DNA of 63,334 nucleotides, counting the filler, from Bipalium vagum (lineage: Eukaryota), in the NCBI GenBank assembly GCA_037834085.1. It is 3 parts of 3 records of this genome, joined end to end, with 100 filler letters (N's around TTAATTAATTAA, not from the genome) between each part and the next. Parts side by side here need not be neighbours in the genome. Positions count along the whole stretch, not along the records: positions 41,385 to 63,334 come from JBBMKC010228753.1; 2 more parts are not named here. One strand, given 5' to 3'. Within the stretch, counting starts at the first letter, position 1; each line of letters starts with the position of its first letter. The notes beneath the pieces were generated by a model. It did not search any database and was not told where the DNA came from. It worked only from the letters and a program-made list of their open reading frames with translations. Below, piece by piece: positions 51,921 through 63,334 of the stretch. A program made the translations under genes and the position numbers.

Positions 51921-54900
51921 ACAATGTCTATTGGCTATTCCCAAAATGCCTAATGGAGCTAAAAGTATTTTATTCACCAGTTCAATTATTAGAAATGCCA
52001 CAAATATCTACAAAATTAAAAAACAAAATTACTTATTCCATCCAAAATATGCCAAGAATGATAAACTCTTAAAAATCAATGACTGGCTTCCATACGTAAT
52101 TAGTGTGGTTTGCTTTTTTATTCTACTATTTACTGTTCTCTGTGTAAGTTCTCTGATAATATGAATTTCCGTTATAAGAATTTTATATTTAAGGTACTTA
52201 TTTATATTCGAAACAAGCGATCAGTGAATGGTAAAAATCTCATTACTCACACCGCTCACTCTAGATTCAATCATTCAAATTCCAATAACAGCAATAATAA
52301 TAATAATAATAATAACAATAGCAATAACAATAATAACAACAACAAATTATTAGTTAAAAATTGTAAAGTCAATAATTGCCTGAATTTCCAATCTATCAGC
52401 AATATCATAAGTCATTTGAAAAAGCCCAAAGAAAATAATGTGAATAGTGAAATCAACAAAATAAAATTTGATCTCAATAATGTAATAGTAAAAGAAGTTC
52501 AGCCAATAACATCGAAAAATGAATCATTTTACTTGGGAAGTAATAATACTTTGACATTTGCAACACAGGCAGTCAATGTGATTACAGGATATCATCATTT
52601 TCGCAATCATTCAGATAGAATAAAGCAGAAAGGCTTGCTTGAGAGGTTGGATATATTTATTTGTTTCAAAAAAATATTGAAATCTTACAAAAAATTATTC
52701 AGCATCAAACTAAAGGATTTCCAATTTAGAACAATTTTAATGTAATAATAATATAAATAAATAAATAATAATAACAATAATCTTAGAAAATCTCTCATAA
52801 AATTTATCTTAATTTTCTCATTAATATTATGTCAACTTTTTTCATATATATAATCTTATTTTTTTGAATTTTATTCTGTTATGATTAAAAATTTTCATTT
52901 CTTAAAATTTTAAAACTTTTCATTGATTTAATTGTAATTTTGGATTTTTCTGGAATTATTTTTATAAAATAATAATTGTTATATATAAATAAATATTTAT
53001 TATCTTTAAAAGATAAAATTATATTTTTATTATAAATAGATTTATGGAAAATTTCCAAAAATCAAAATAAAACTTTTGGTTGGGTTCGTTTAACCTGATC
53101 CATTATTTGTATTTGCGATGAGTCACTTTTTGTTTCGTTTTATAATAGGTCTATTAATAAGCAGTGGTTGGTTTTTATTCGTTTATTTAGATCATTAACA
53201 TATATTGATTTTGTTGATATTTTGTGATATAAAATTTATTTAAGATTTAATTTAATTTATAAGTATTTTTTAGATTGAATTAAGGATTGAACCAACAGAA
53301 CATATGATAAAATTTCATATTCGAAACTGCTTACTTTATAAGTTTAACCTTGGTCGTAATGCAACAAAACATCAACGAACATCATATATGCCTATCCAAA
53401 TGAAAATCTGTTTGAAAGTACCAGTCATCAGTTGTTTGCAAGATTAAAATACTGTATTGAAATGTAATTATTGAAGATGAGAATTGCTCAGAACGTGCAA
53501 ATGATTTTCATGAAGATGTATTTTGAAATCTAATTGAAAAAGATCAATTTACAACACTAGTCAAATTCAATATCCTCAGAAAAAGACTCAACATCAATAG
53601 TCGAAACCAGTGGATGAACAAAAATCAAATTCTTGAGCCAACTGGGACTTCAAAAGTGGAGCTACATCCAAAAATTATGATATGTCTATAGTGGAATATC
53701 AAAAGTATAACTCATTAGGAACTGCTGTTGAAGAACATGACAATAACTGGAAAAATTTATGCGGAGCAATTGGATCGCTTCTTAGACTTTTAAAATTAAA
53801 TTTTATTTGTTTGAGACCTTCAGGACTGAAAATAGTTCTGTAAAGCAATTAGTTAATTTTTATATGAAACAATTTGTCTATTTTATAAATAATGCATTAT
53901 TATATTTTCTTACAATTGCTTTATGAATAAAGTTTTGGCTGTTATCCTTTTTTAAATCTCTTTTTTTGATTTTTTATTGAATTATTAAAGTTTTCCTATC
54001 TCCGTTTTATATATCTTTTTCATCATTTTGCTTCTAAATCTTTACTTAACTTTTTATATTAAGCCTTAACAACGTAATTTGGTAATGAATGTTTCTATAA
54101 GATAACAAATGATATCTTATGAACAACTATTCTCTATTATGAAAAATCTCATACCATAGACATTCAATGCACTTGAAAAAAGGATACTTAAACTTATTTT
54201 CTCACTTGTTTGAGTTTTGTAAAATCTTCATATGATGATTATTCAATTGTTTAACAATTTAAAAGTTTTTTTTATTATATATGAAAGAAGGAAAGAATTC
54301 AGAACTCCAGGATGTGTTATTATATTATCATGGTCCTCCTTAAAAGACATTAGTGTACTGTTGTTACTGTAATACCAATATAGAGATGAAAATTTTTATT
54401 AATAAGGATATAATTCTGCTTATTTTAGATACATGTTTATATCTGCGCATATTTATAATTAGAATATTACTAAAGTGAAAATTTTATTTATATTTAAACA
54501 ATAATCTTTGTATCTTTATATCCTCTTCCTTTATAATTCATAAAAAATTGTTTCATTTTGTAGTTTTCTTTCAATCAATGCTATCATTTCCATGATATCA
54601 TGTTTCCAATTTGTGATTCAATATTTCGGATTTTTTCTTCAACAGAATTTTTCAAATTACATACCTTTTTCCCAATTTTGTACCAATTTCTGACCCATTA
54701 ATGTGACAGATTTTACAGATAAATTGTCTTTTCATAAATCGAGATGCCCTATGAATTCTAGTATGTCATTTTTCCCAACAAAATGTTTTGCTTTTAAGTA
54801 TACACCTGTTCGATCTCCTTTTCTCTGAGCATGAATCCAAATTTTAAATTTTGATTCCAGTTCTGACCAATATTCTTTTCGTGATGTCATTGTTCTTTTT

Positions 54901-57900
54901 GTTTCTAGTATGGCTCTTAAGATTGTCTTCTTTTTTCTCCAGTCATTACTTTCATTATTCCAGTCATGTTACTTTCATAAGTTTCATAAATCATTCGAGC
55001 TTTTCTGTTTCCATTGATTTCCGCATATTCAATGATCTTACGCTTTTTAAAGGGTGAATAAGATTTTCTAGATTTCGGCATTTAATAGTTCTAAAAATAT
55101 TTTATAACTATCGTATTTTAAAATTCTATATCTATTGAAAAACTTTCTTATGTATTCCACAAAAATAACAGATTTTGCTCATCTGTGTCAGCGAATCATT
55201 GTAGCCATATTGACGGAAACAATGACTTACTTACAATATAAAAGCTTTGAAAAGAGACTAGATTTCTGTTTCAATGCTAATGGCCAGCATTTTGAATATT
55301 TATAACCACATGATTATTGATTTTATAAATATAACATATTTTTTGTTATTAATTTATCAAATGAAATTTGTGTTTTGGTGCACTACTTTTTGCCCACCCT
55401 TTATAATACGCAGTTTATTATTACATAACATTTGACATCCGACTTATGTTCAGAATAAGAAGAGATGGTAGTGCATATTTATACCCTTTGGAGACTTTAG
55501 GGTATTTTTCGTTTTATCTAATTGTATATAATTGTTGAAATTTGCCAACCATACATTAATTTTCAACTGGCTTTTTCTCAATTTTTAATTATTCAAACAC
55601 AATACTGAACAAAGGTTACAGAATCATTTTTATAATTATTAGAGCCAAAGTGTATTCCGATTCTTCATATAATACAATCCCAGAATCTCTAGTCTAATTC
55701 TCTCCACGAATCACACATGCTTGAGATTAAAACTTATCACAAAGAGTTTCAATTTTCATTTACAGTAGAAATGTTTCTTGGAAATATTCAAATCAATTTG
55801 TTTTGCTCTAAAAACTAATTAAAATTAAGGAAAGAAAATGGCTTTTGAAAATTAATACTTGGAAAAATTAATGTGAAATTCATTTATTGAGAATCGTGTT
55901 TTTCTTCGATTCCTTCTTGTTTGTTTATTGTAGAATGAGATCAAAAAATGAGCAATGATTTTCTTTATTTTCTTAACATTCGATATTTTTATATATTTCT
56001 TTTCATTTAATTTATCGGTTTTTGTAAAAATCTTAAAATTTCAGATATTTAAATTTTTTTCACCATTATTATTGATTATCTTTTGTTATTTTATTCACTT
56101 TTTAAAATAACCTTAAAATTATTGAGCCATTTTCTGTTTCATTCAATATAAAATAAATAAAATAAAATATCATTTATATTTCTTGTTAAAAAATATTATT
56201 TTTCCATGTTTATTTTTGCAATTTCATTTGTTTAAAAATTGAGACCAAAAGAAAATAATATCCAATATTAGTGAAAAACTTTCTTTAAATATATAAATAA
56301 TTTAAACTAAAGTTGAAGTAATTTTTATTTCATTAAAAAATCAGTTAAAACAAAAGTATCTATTTTGCTTTAATAATAATGGATAAAAAGAAAATAAGTT
56401 CAAAAATTATCCTAAATTCGCGGTTTAAAAATCCATCCTTGTCTTGTCATCATCATTGTACCTGTCAGTTTTTCTCACACATCATACACCAATTAATGAC
56501 ATTCTTTCTGAAAAATCCCATTGATAATATCCATAACCATTTTATGTAATATTAATAACATTCAATTTTACTTTATGAGTATCTACTTGGTCTTTCATAA
56601 ATATGTGTACGTGTTTAAAAAAATAAAAATTAATCAATTTTTCAATGAACATGAATCATTTTTATATATTATTGTAGATAAATCATTGGAAAAATAAATA
56701 TTTTATAAATGTCTGGAAAACGTTATGAATAAATCAGTCTATAGTTCCAGTAGATCTTTGTCAGAAAGTTTGCAGATCTGTATTTCCAAGATTACAGACA
56801 TCTATAGATGTCCAAGGAATGCAAACTCAACTATTTTAATATATTACTTAAATTTGTTGATAGCCATTTTTTATTTGAATAGTTTTTGTACAAAATAACG
56901 CTTGGATTTATGAAAATTATTGAAAATTAGTTGATTATTTTTGCTTTAAACGCGTATATATGTATGAATCACCCTATATATTAAAAATTATCTATTCTTT
57001 AAGTTAAATTTGCCCATTACTTGGACGATATTTTAGAATGTGCTCTCAGAAATGGACAGATTTGCCCCCGGTCTTGAAAATAAATTAACTTTTTGGTACT
57101 ATTTCAATTTTTAAAGATTTATTACATTTTTAAATAATTGAAGATTCTTTGGAATATATATATAATTTACTAATTTTAATTATGTACTCTGTCTAAAAAT
57201 GAGAACGCTGTCAAATTGAAATCCATAAATGAAAATTGTACCGATATTCTTGTCCTTTGCTATCAACTTTTTTCTTTGAAAGTTTGACAGCGGGACCCAG
57301 TTAGTATTTTTAATCGAAGTACGAACTATTTCTTAAATTGTTAATAACATCAAATTTTGAGACATGCTGGCCCTTTTTTGGATTACTGTTGAGAACATCT
57401 CAACATGAGAATATAATTTTAATATTTATTTGCTGGTAATAAAATTCTGAATTTTCACATTGATTTATCTACTTTCGTTTATTACTATATTTCTCTAGAA
57501 ACTGATTCTCCACACGTAATCAAATTTTCTATATTTTTCTGTTTTAGTAAAATTTTCAATTTTTTTATTTCAATTAATCTAATTTCATTATTTGAACATC
57601 TCGTTTCATAATAATAAATATTATTATTAGTATTAACGATTTTGTATAATGTCTTAAATATTTAGTCGAAGAGGTTCCAGAACATCCTTAACGTTAAGTT
57701 TATCAGCTTCCATAGATTCAATAACTAGTACCAGGTCATTTTCACCATCAAAAACGGACATTGAACAAGATAGATTTATTCTCGAACAAAATTCATTATA
57801 TCTTTCTATTGATGATTTGGATAAAAAGATAAATGGGGATGAAGAAATTCTTTTTCAGGAATTCTGGTCTATTCCTATGAATCAAAGTAGCCGTAATGAT

Positions 57901-60900
57901 TTGAGCATCTCAGGAATGGCTAATAAAAATCGATACAAATCAATAATACCAAGTTATTTTTAATTATTTATTAGGTGACCTAAAAAGCTTCTACCATTTT
58001 CGTCTTAGACTGTTTTAATTTGAATTAGTTTTTTAATTATTGATTTAAATAAATCAGTTTGAAATTCAATTGTGATAAATCTTAGAAAAATCAAATCCTT
58101 AGCATAAATCATTATAAAAATATATATTTGGTAGTCTAAAAAGTTTCCGCCGATTTTGTTAGACACTGAAAATGTTCTTTGTGTAGTTTGATTGAAATTG
58201 ATTTTGTTTTAATTTATCATAATCCTAGCATTCAAATAACTTTAAAAATTAGGCATTTTGATTAATTAATAAAATTTTATTCATCTTTAGAAATTGATAT
58301 AAATAAATGGGATACATAATGAAATTTTATTTCTTGAAAGTTAAAAATGCTACACAGGTAACTAAAAAGATAATTGCTGTTTTTTGGAAATATTGATGTC
58401 AAAGACGCACCTCGTTTTGGCCGACCAATCTGTGAAAAATTCGATAAAATAATTTGAAAGGTTGAAGAAGACAGGAATAATAAGCAACCACGAAATACCT
58501 CAGGAATTGGGGATTCATCATCAAACAGTTTTAAATCATTTGGAGAAATGTGGATGTACAAAGAAACTGGGTGTATGGATACCGAATAAGTTGACTGAAA
58601 AGAATTTTAAAGACAAAATTTCAATATGCTAAATATTGTTGAATAAAAACATGATCGATTCATTTTTGAAACGTCTTATATGTGACGAAAAATGGATCAA
58701 GTACGATAATAACATATGAAAAAGGTCTTGGACAAAATGTGGTATGACCTCACAAACTGTGTCGAAACCAAAAATTTAGGAAATTAATACTCTATGTCTG
58801 GTTGGATTACAGGGGAATAGTCCGTTATGAATTACTCCAACCAGGACAAAAAATAAACTCAGTTATCTACTGTGAACAGTTGACAAGAGTACATCAGGAA
58901 ATTGCAAGAAAGAGTCCCGAATTAATCAATAGCAAAGGCGTAGTATTTCACAATGACAACGCCAGGCCACATGTATCTTTCATGACGCATCAAAAATTGA
59001 GGGATCTTGATTGGGAAATTTTGTCGCATCCTCCATATAGTCCTGATATACCACAGTCAGACTATCATCTTTTTCGCTCATTGCAGAACTCCCTTAATGG
59101 TGTAAAATTAAATTCAAAAGAGAATTGCGAAAAATACTTATCTCACTTTTTTGCCAAAAAATCAAAAGTTTTACAGTGACGGAATTTTGGTTTTACCAAA
59201 ATAATGGTAAGACATTGTCGATCAAAATGGTAATTATGTAATTTAATAAAATTTTCAATTCAACTTTATTTTTCTAACTTTTCATTTTACCAAAATCGGC
59301 GGAAACTTTTTAGACTACCCAATATATCAATATAATTTGTATATTCGAATAAAACATGTCGCAAAAAATTCAAAATAAAGCAATTCGATGAAATTATGAA
59401 ATTTATTTCCTAAGGGAAAAATATCAGTTATGTCGTCAAAAATATATGCACTTTTATGGTTCTGATACCATATCAGAAATAACGGTGCGAGAGTGGTTCA
59501 TACAATTTCACCAAGGCAACTTTGAGTCAAAAGATACACCTTGTTCTGGTTGACAAATCGCAGATAAGGATGATGAAATCATGAAAATATTCAAGACCTT
59601 CGCATAAGCACCTATGATTTTCTTAAAGATCTAAGCATTTATTAACAAACTGTTTTCAAATGATCTGGAAAAAAATTGATTACAAGAAAAAGCTTGGTAT
59701 TTGAGTGTCTCATAATTTATCTGAAAGAATTTAATCAGCAGAATTTCTATTTGAGAAATTCATTGAAAAGATAGGAACTTGAACCATTTATTAAAAATAT
59801 GATCATCGAAGATGAAAAGTGAGTCACATTGGATAATAATGTGAAAAAAGGTCGTGGTTTAAATAAGATGAAGATCAACAAACGATTACAAAGTGGAGAG
59901 TTTCTGCAAGATATGTGATGCTGTCTGTTTTCTGGGATTTTACATTATGAGCTCCTGGAACCTGCTCAACAATTTATTCTATATTCTATTGTCAGCAATT
60001 TGAAAGATTAAATCAAATGATAAAAAACCCGGTTTAAATTACTCGGTAGAAAAGACATTGTTTAATCATAACAAAGCCTGGCCACAAACATCTTTGATGA
60101 CTCGGTAAAAATTGAAAAATCTTGACTGGGAAGTTCTAATGCATCCAACTATAGTCAAAACTTAACGCGTAACATTGATTCATCACTGCAGGCATGTGTC
60201 CATTTATCAACATCCTATTGATGTTTAGATATCGACCATTGCTAAATTTTTCTTTGCTTATCATTGACCAACGGCTTCCTGACACCCGGATGACTTCTTA
60301 ATCCGTACTTATTGAGAATGCAACGAACTGTGCATCCTCAATAACATGTTAAATGCTATCCATGTTACAAGTACGTGCTATGTTCGTTAACGACATGCTT
60401 TTATTTTTCAGGCATATGCATATATATATATTTTCGGTGGTCTTCCACTGCGTTTCCGATTCTCATGGATTCCTTCGGTCTTATATTTATGGACAATTTT
60501 TTGAATGCCACTTTTTGATACATCAATATTTTTTTGTTTCTTTTGCTCTCCATCATTATTTGCTTTATTGATCAAGTACTGTGGCCTTCCATCATCAATT
60601 CCACAATTATTATTCATAAAGACGTTTCTATTAATATAATATATATAATATATAATATATATAATAATTATATATAATATTAATAAATACATTTAATATA
60701 AGTTGTTGACATTTTTCAAAAATACTATTTACTATATTTTGCAATTTACATTACTTAAATAAATCAATAAAAATAAAAATACGTATCGAATTATGAATTT
60801 ACATGGGTGGGAACAAACTACCAGGACTACTAACACTACTAATGATATAATAAAAATCTGAAATAATTCTTTTATAGTATAAATGTGAATATATCTTTAT

Positions 60901-61794
60901 ACAGATACCGTTGGTCTGTTTATTTATTATGATAAAATGATAATTATTTAAAATAATTGTTTTTTGTTTATTTTATGGTTATCAATAAAAATTCAAAAAA
61001 ATATTGGTTAATATTTAAAAAATTTCATTTGTGATTTTTTAATTATTTTTCTATTTTATGCCGACTAAATAATAATAATTAGAACATTTATAATTTAGAA
61101 CAGTGATTTTTAAATTCCTTAAAAATCAACATATAATTATTTTCAGCTAAATAAAATGAAATCATATGCTGTAATGATGAATTGAAAAAATTTTGAATAT
61201 TAATAATTGGCTCGGATTAAAAAATATTTTATACTCTTCATGATTACTTAGAACTTGTAACTGACAAAAAAATTAATTTTTAATTTTTTAATAATTTATC
61301 CTTTTTCATAATTATTGATTTTACAAATACAAAAAATATTTTGAGATTTTTTTAAAAATTCTATTTTAAAAAATAATATTACATTAAATATAATATAATT
61401 AATTAAAATATATTTAAAGGATGAAATAATGATATTCGAAAATATTAGGTATAAAGAAAATTAATGATGCCTTTTATATAAAAGATTTTATTTAATCAAA
61501 ATAATCACTACAATGATGAATGAAAGAGTGTGGCAACATTTTTTAATTAAAAGTAAATTAACGAGGATATTTTTTTAATTTGATGAAATTTCAAATTGAT
61601 AACTAATATTTAAATTTTTAGAAAATTAATTTAGTTTTTTAATATTATTGATAATAATTCTATTATTATTTTTAAAAATCAATTTTCATGATGATTTGGG
61701 AAAAATTTTCGATTCAGATGAGAAAACTCGAGTTATTCTTCCAGAAATTGAGGACAATTATTTATCTTCATATATAAATGCTAATTACATTCGA
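51921..61794 (+). CDS. Receptor-type protein tyrosine phosphatase, KIM-containing R7 subfamily (PTPRR/PTPN5/PTPN7, Drosophila PTP-ER-like); partial, continues beyond window
   Basis: Exons 51921-52143 and 52194-52645 (TM helix WLPYVISVVCFFILLFTVLC|VLIYI, poly-Asn, ends KGLLE), 57666-57952 (RRGSRTSLTLSL = KIM; QEFWSIPMN...KNRYKSIIP) and 61718-61794 (NEKTRVIL...SSYINANYIR). GT-AG and phase-consistent. Probable further exon at about 51803-51887 behind a 33-nt intron; N-terminus unresolved; catalytic HCSAG not in window. Confidence 0.9.
53300..53790 (+). mobile_element. Decayed mariner in PTP intron
   Basis: FHIRNCLLYKFNLGRNAT and ELHPKIMICL*WNIKSITH*ELL...ITGKIYAEQLDR. Confidence 0.8.
54620..55055 (-). 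mobile_element. pogo (Tc2/POGK-like) N-terminal HTH remnant in PTP intron
   Basis: KRKIIEYAEINGNRKA, DWRKKK, YWSELESKFKIWIHAQR, SRFMKR...LS...GQKL. Confidence 0.78.
55100..55402 (+). mobile_element. rosa/DD41D 3' end remnant
   Basis: FEKRLDFCFNANGQHFEYL followed by TIR-like gtgcactactttttgcccaccc. Confidence 0.65.
58127..59322 (+). mobile_element. Best-preserved mariner (mellifera-like) in PTP intron, still pseudogenised
   Basis: 32-bp TIRs with one mismatch (tttggtagtctaaaaagtttccgccgattttg), TA TSDs. CDEKWI, VVFHNDNARPH, HPPYSPDIPQSDYHLFRSLQN; stops/frameshifts upstream. Confidence 0.95.
59355..60165 (+). mobile_element. Second decayed mariner directly downstream
   Basis: ITVREWF, IIEDEK*V, VMLSVFWD, HNKAWP, DWEVLMHP. 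Confidence 0.85.
60180..60560 (-). mobile_element. Tc1 N-terminal HTH remnant
   Basis: IDVSKSGIQKIVHKYKTEGIHENRKRSGRPPK (ORF 60408..60692). Confidence 0.7.
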
Positions 61795-62534
61795 GTAAGT
61801 TGACATTTTAGTTAGATAAAAATATTTTTATATTATAATATTATCTCTTTATCAGATCAGATTAATTAATAATTTATATATAATTTCTAATTGTTATTCA
61901 CAGAAACTTATTAATAATGGAAAAAATATTAACAATCAACATGAATAATAATTGTTGTTAAACAATTGTTTGTATATTTTTTCTAATGGCAGATCTTTCT
62001 GTTCAAAGCTTTCTAACATTAAACAGGACAGTGTTATTTTTGGATTTTGATATAATAAATATATAAGGAGAGATATTGCTAAGCAACGGTTTATAAAAGA
62101 AAATAATTTGGGAAAATAATAAAACGATTTCTAGCTTTATGAAAAATCATTATCAGACGAGGAAAGCGTGTATTTTATAGTTTTACAAAACAATCATAAA
62201 AATAAATAATTATATATTTTTATATTGCTATTTAATTCTTTCACTCATTACTGTCATTTTGTGTGGACTCTCTTTTTTGATTTTTTTGCATTAGAAAAAT
62301 TGAAAATATTTTTTCATGAATTTTCTTATTACTCGTCATGAAGATTTCATTTCAACTCTGAAACAATAAATAATAAATAATAATTACTCCATTATATGTA
62401 TTTAATTTTTATTTTACGCTATATATTCAAGATTTCGCATACATTGAATTTTTACATTTCTATAGAGTGTTAAAATCTAGAATAGACTTAAACATCGATT
62501 AATCTGACAATAATTGATTTTAAAAAATTTAGTT

Positions 62535-62700
62535 ATTTTTCATCTTCTGTTCCATCAATCACATTACTTATGTAACATTTTCGGTAGGACTTCTGTATCA
62601 TTTCTAGCAGCATTGATTCTAGTCATCTTTGATCCACCGGAAAACTAGAATTATATCCGATCTTTGAGGTACCCCAAACTTACCTGTTGTTACCGCATCA
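62535..62700 (-). mobile_element. pogo C-terminal remnant
   Basis: EMIQKSYRKCYISNVIDGTED (IxKSFxKCGISNxLDGSED). Confidence 0.7.
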
Positions 62701-63068
62701 GACAATATCCACTCAGACCAAATTTGACGAAGTTTAGGCAAACGTCATATTGAATTTTGACATGGAATTATATATTATATATTCACCATATTCACCAGAT
62801 CTTGCGTCTTCAAATTTCTACTTGTTCCAGTCGATGCCACATTGATGGCTTCAAGACTTACTAAGATTTCCTAAAATAGGTTTCTAAATGGTTCGCCTCG
62901 AAACAAGAAAGGGCGCATCCACAAGTTACCTGAAAGTTGGAAAAATGTATAATGGATAAATTCTTTCTTTTTCTTTTTTTTTCTTTGAATAAAATATATC
63001 TATTTATCTTTTGAAATTTTTGTGTTTTGTTTGCCAAAAAATCCGCATTATCTATCGGTACACCTAAT
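62700..63068. mobile_element. Mariner fragments (plus-strand catalytic piece and an isolated TIR)
   Basis: SPYSPDLASSNFYLFQSM at about 62780-62840; TIR rc TA-ttaggtgtaccgatagataatgcgg ending at about 63067. Confidence 0.7.
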
Positions 63069-63334
63069 ACATTTGAATAAAGTACGACATTCAATCGAAT
63101 AGTTAAGTGATATCGAGAAATTATAAGTGCTCTTGGTTTTTATGGTGGGCAACAAATAACGGGTGATGCATAAAAAAGTGCACAGAGTTTAAAGTACTAA
63201 AAAACATAAAGTTAAAAAGCTTATTCCAAATATTTTTATTTTAACATAAATACAAGAAAACCATAATTACAATTCAATATTCACAACACTGAAAATGGTC
63301 CGTGCTTGGCAACACATTTCAGTTTCTTTATCAT

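Noticed and set aside
57208-57291. cgctgtcaaa...tttgacagcg inverted repeat as a pre-miRNA in the PTP intron
   Set aside because: Only 10 bp pair; the interior does not form a continuous stem.
58802-59179. Host SETMAR/Metnase gene
   Set aside because: No SET domain; it lies between TIRs with TA TSDs and has upstream stops, so it is a dead mariner.

Overview
This is very AT-rich eukaryotic, almost certainly animal, genomic DNA. The window is three contigs (1-16077, 16178-41284, 41385-63334) joined by artificial 100-nt spacers (44 N + TTAATTAATTAA + 44 N). Most of it is decayed cut-and-paste DNA transposons: about 15 mariner relics, plus Tc1, ITmD37E, rosa/DD41D, a plant-type DD39D element with Stowaway-like ends, pogo/Tigger, Merlin, and a hAT MITE carrying a nested MITE. 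I found no intact transposase. Supportable host genes: (i) an intronless class-A GPCR (34544-35644); (ii) the 5'/middle part of a KIM-containing receptor tyrosine phosphatase of the PTPRR/STEP/PTP-ER type (51921 to beyond 61794), with transposon-filled introns; (iii) two + strand genes that the ORF track only fragments because tiny GT-AG introns (down to 26-32 nt) split them: gene A (20673-21711, about 277 aa) and gene B (22847-28046, about 641 aa). By-eye comparison with RFX sequences recalled from memory suggests A, and more weakly B, are highly divergent RFX-family proteins lacking the canonical RRLGTRG DNA-binding wing. They sit in an ~11 kb island with no recognisable transposons that also holds possible decayed coding segments; this is the most interesting region. 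The micro-introns suggest a lineage such as dicyemid mesozoans (inference only). All gene models and alignments were made manually and need confirmation.
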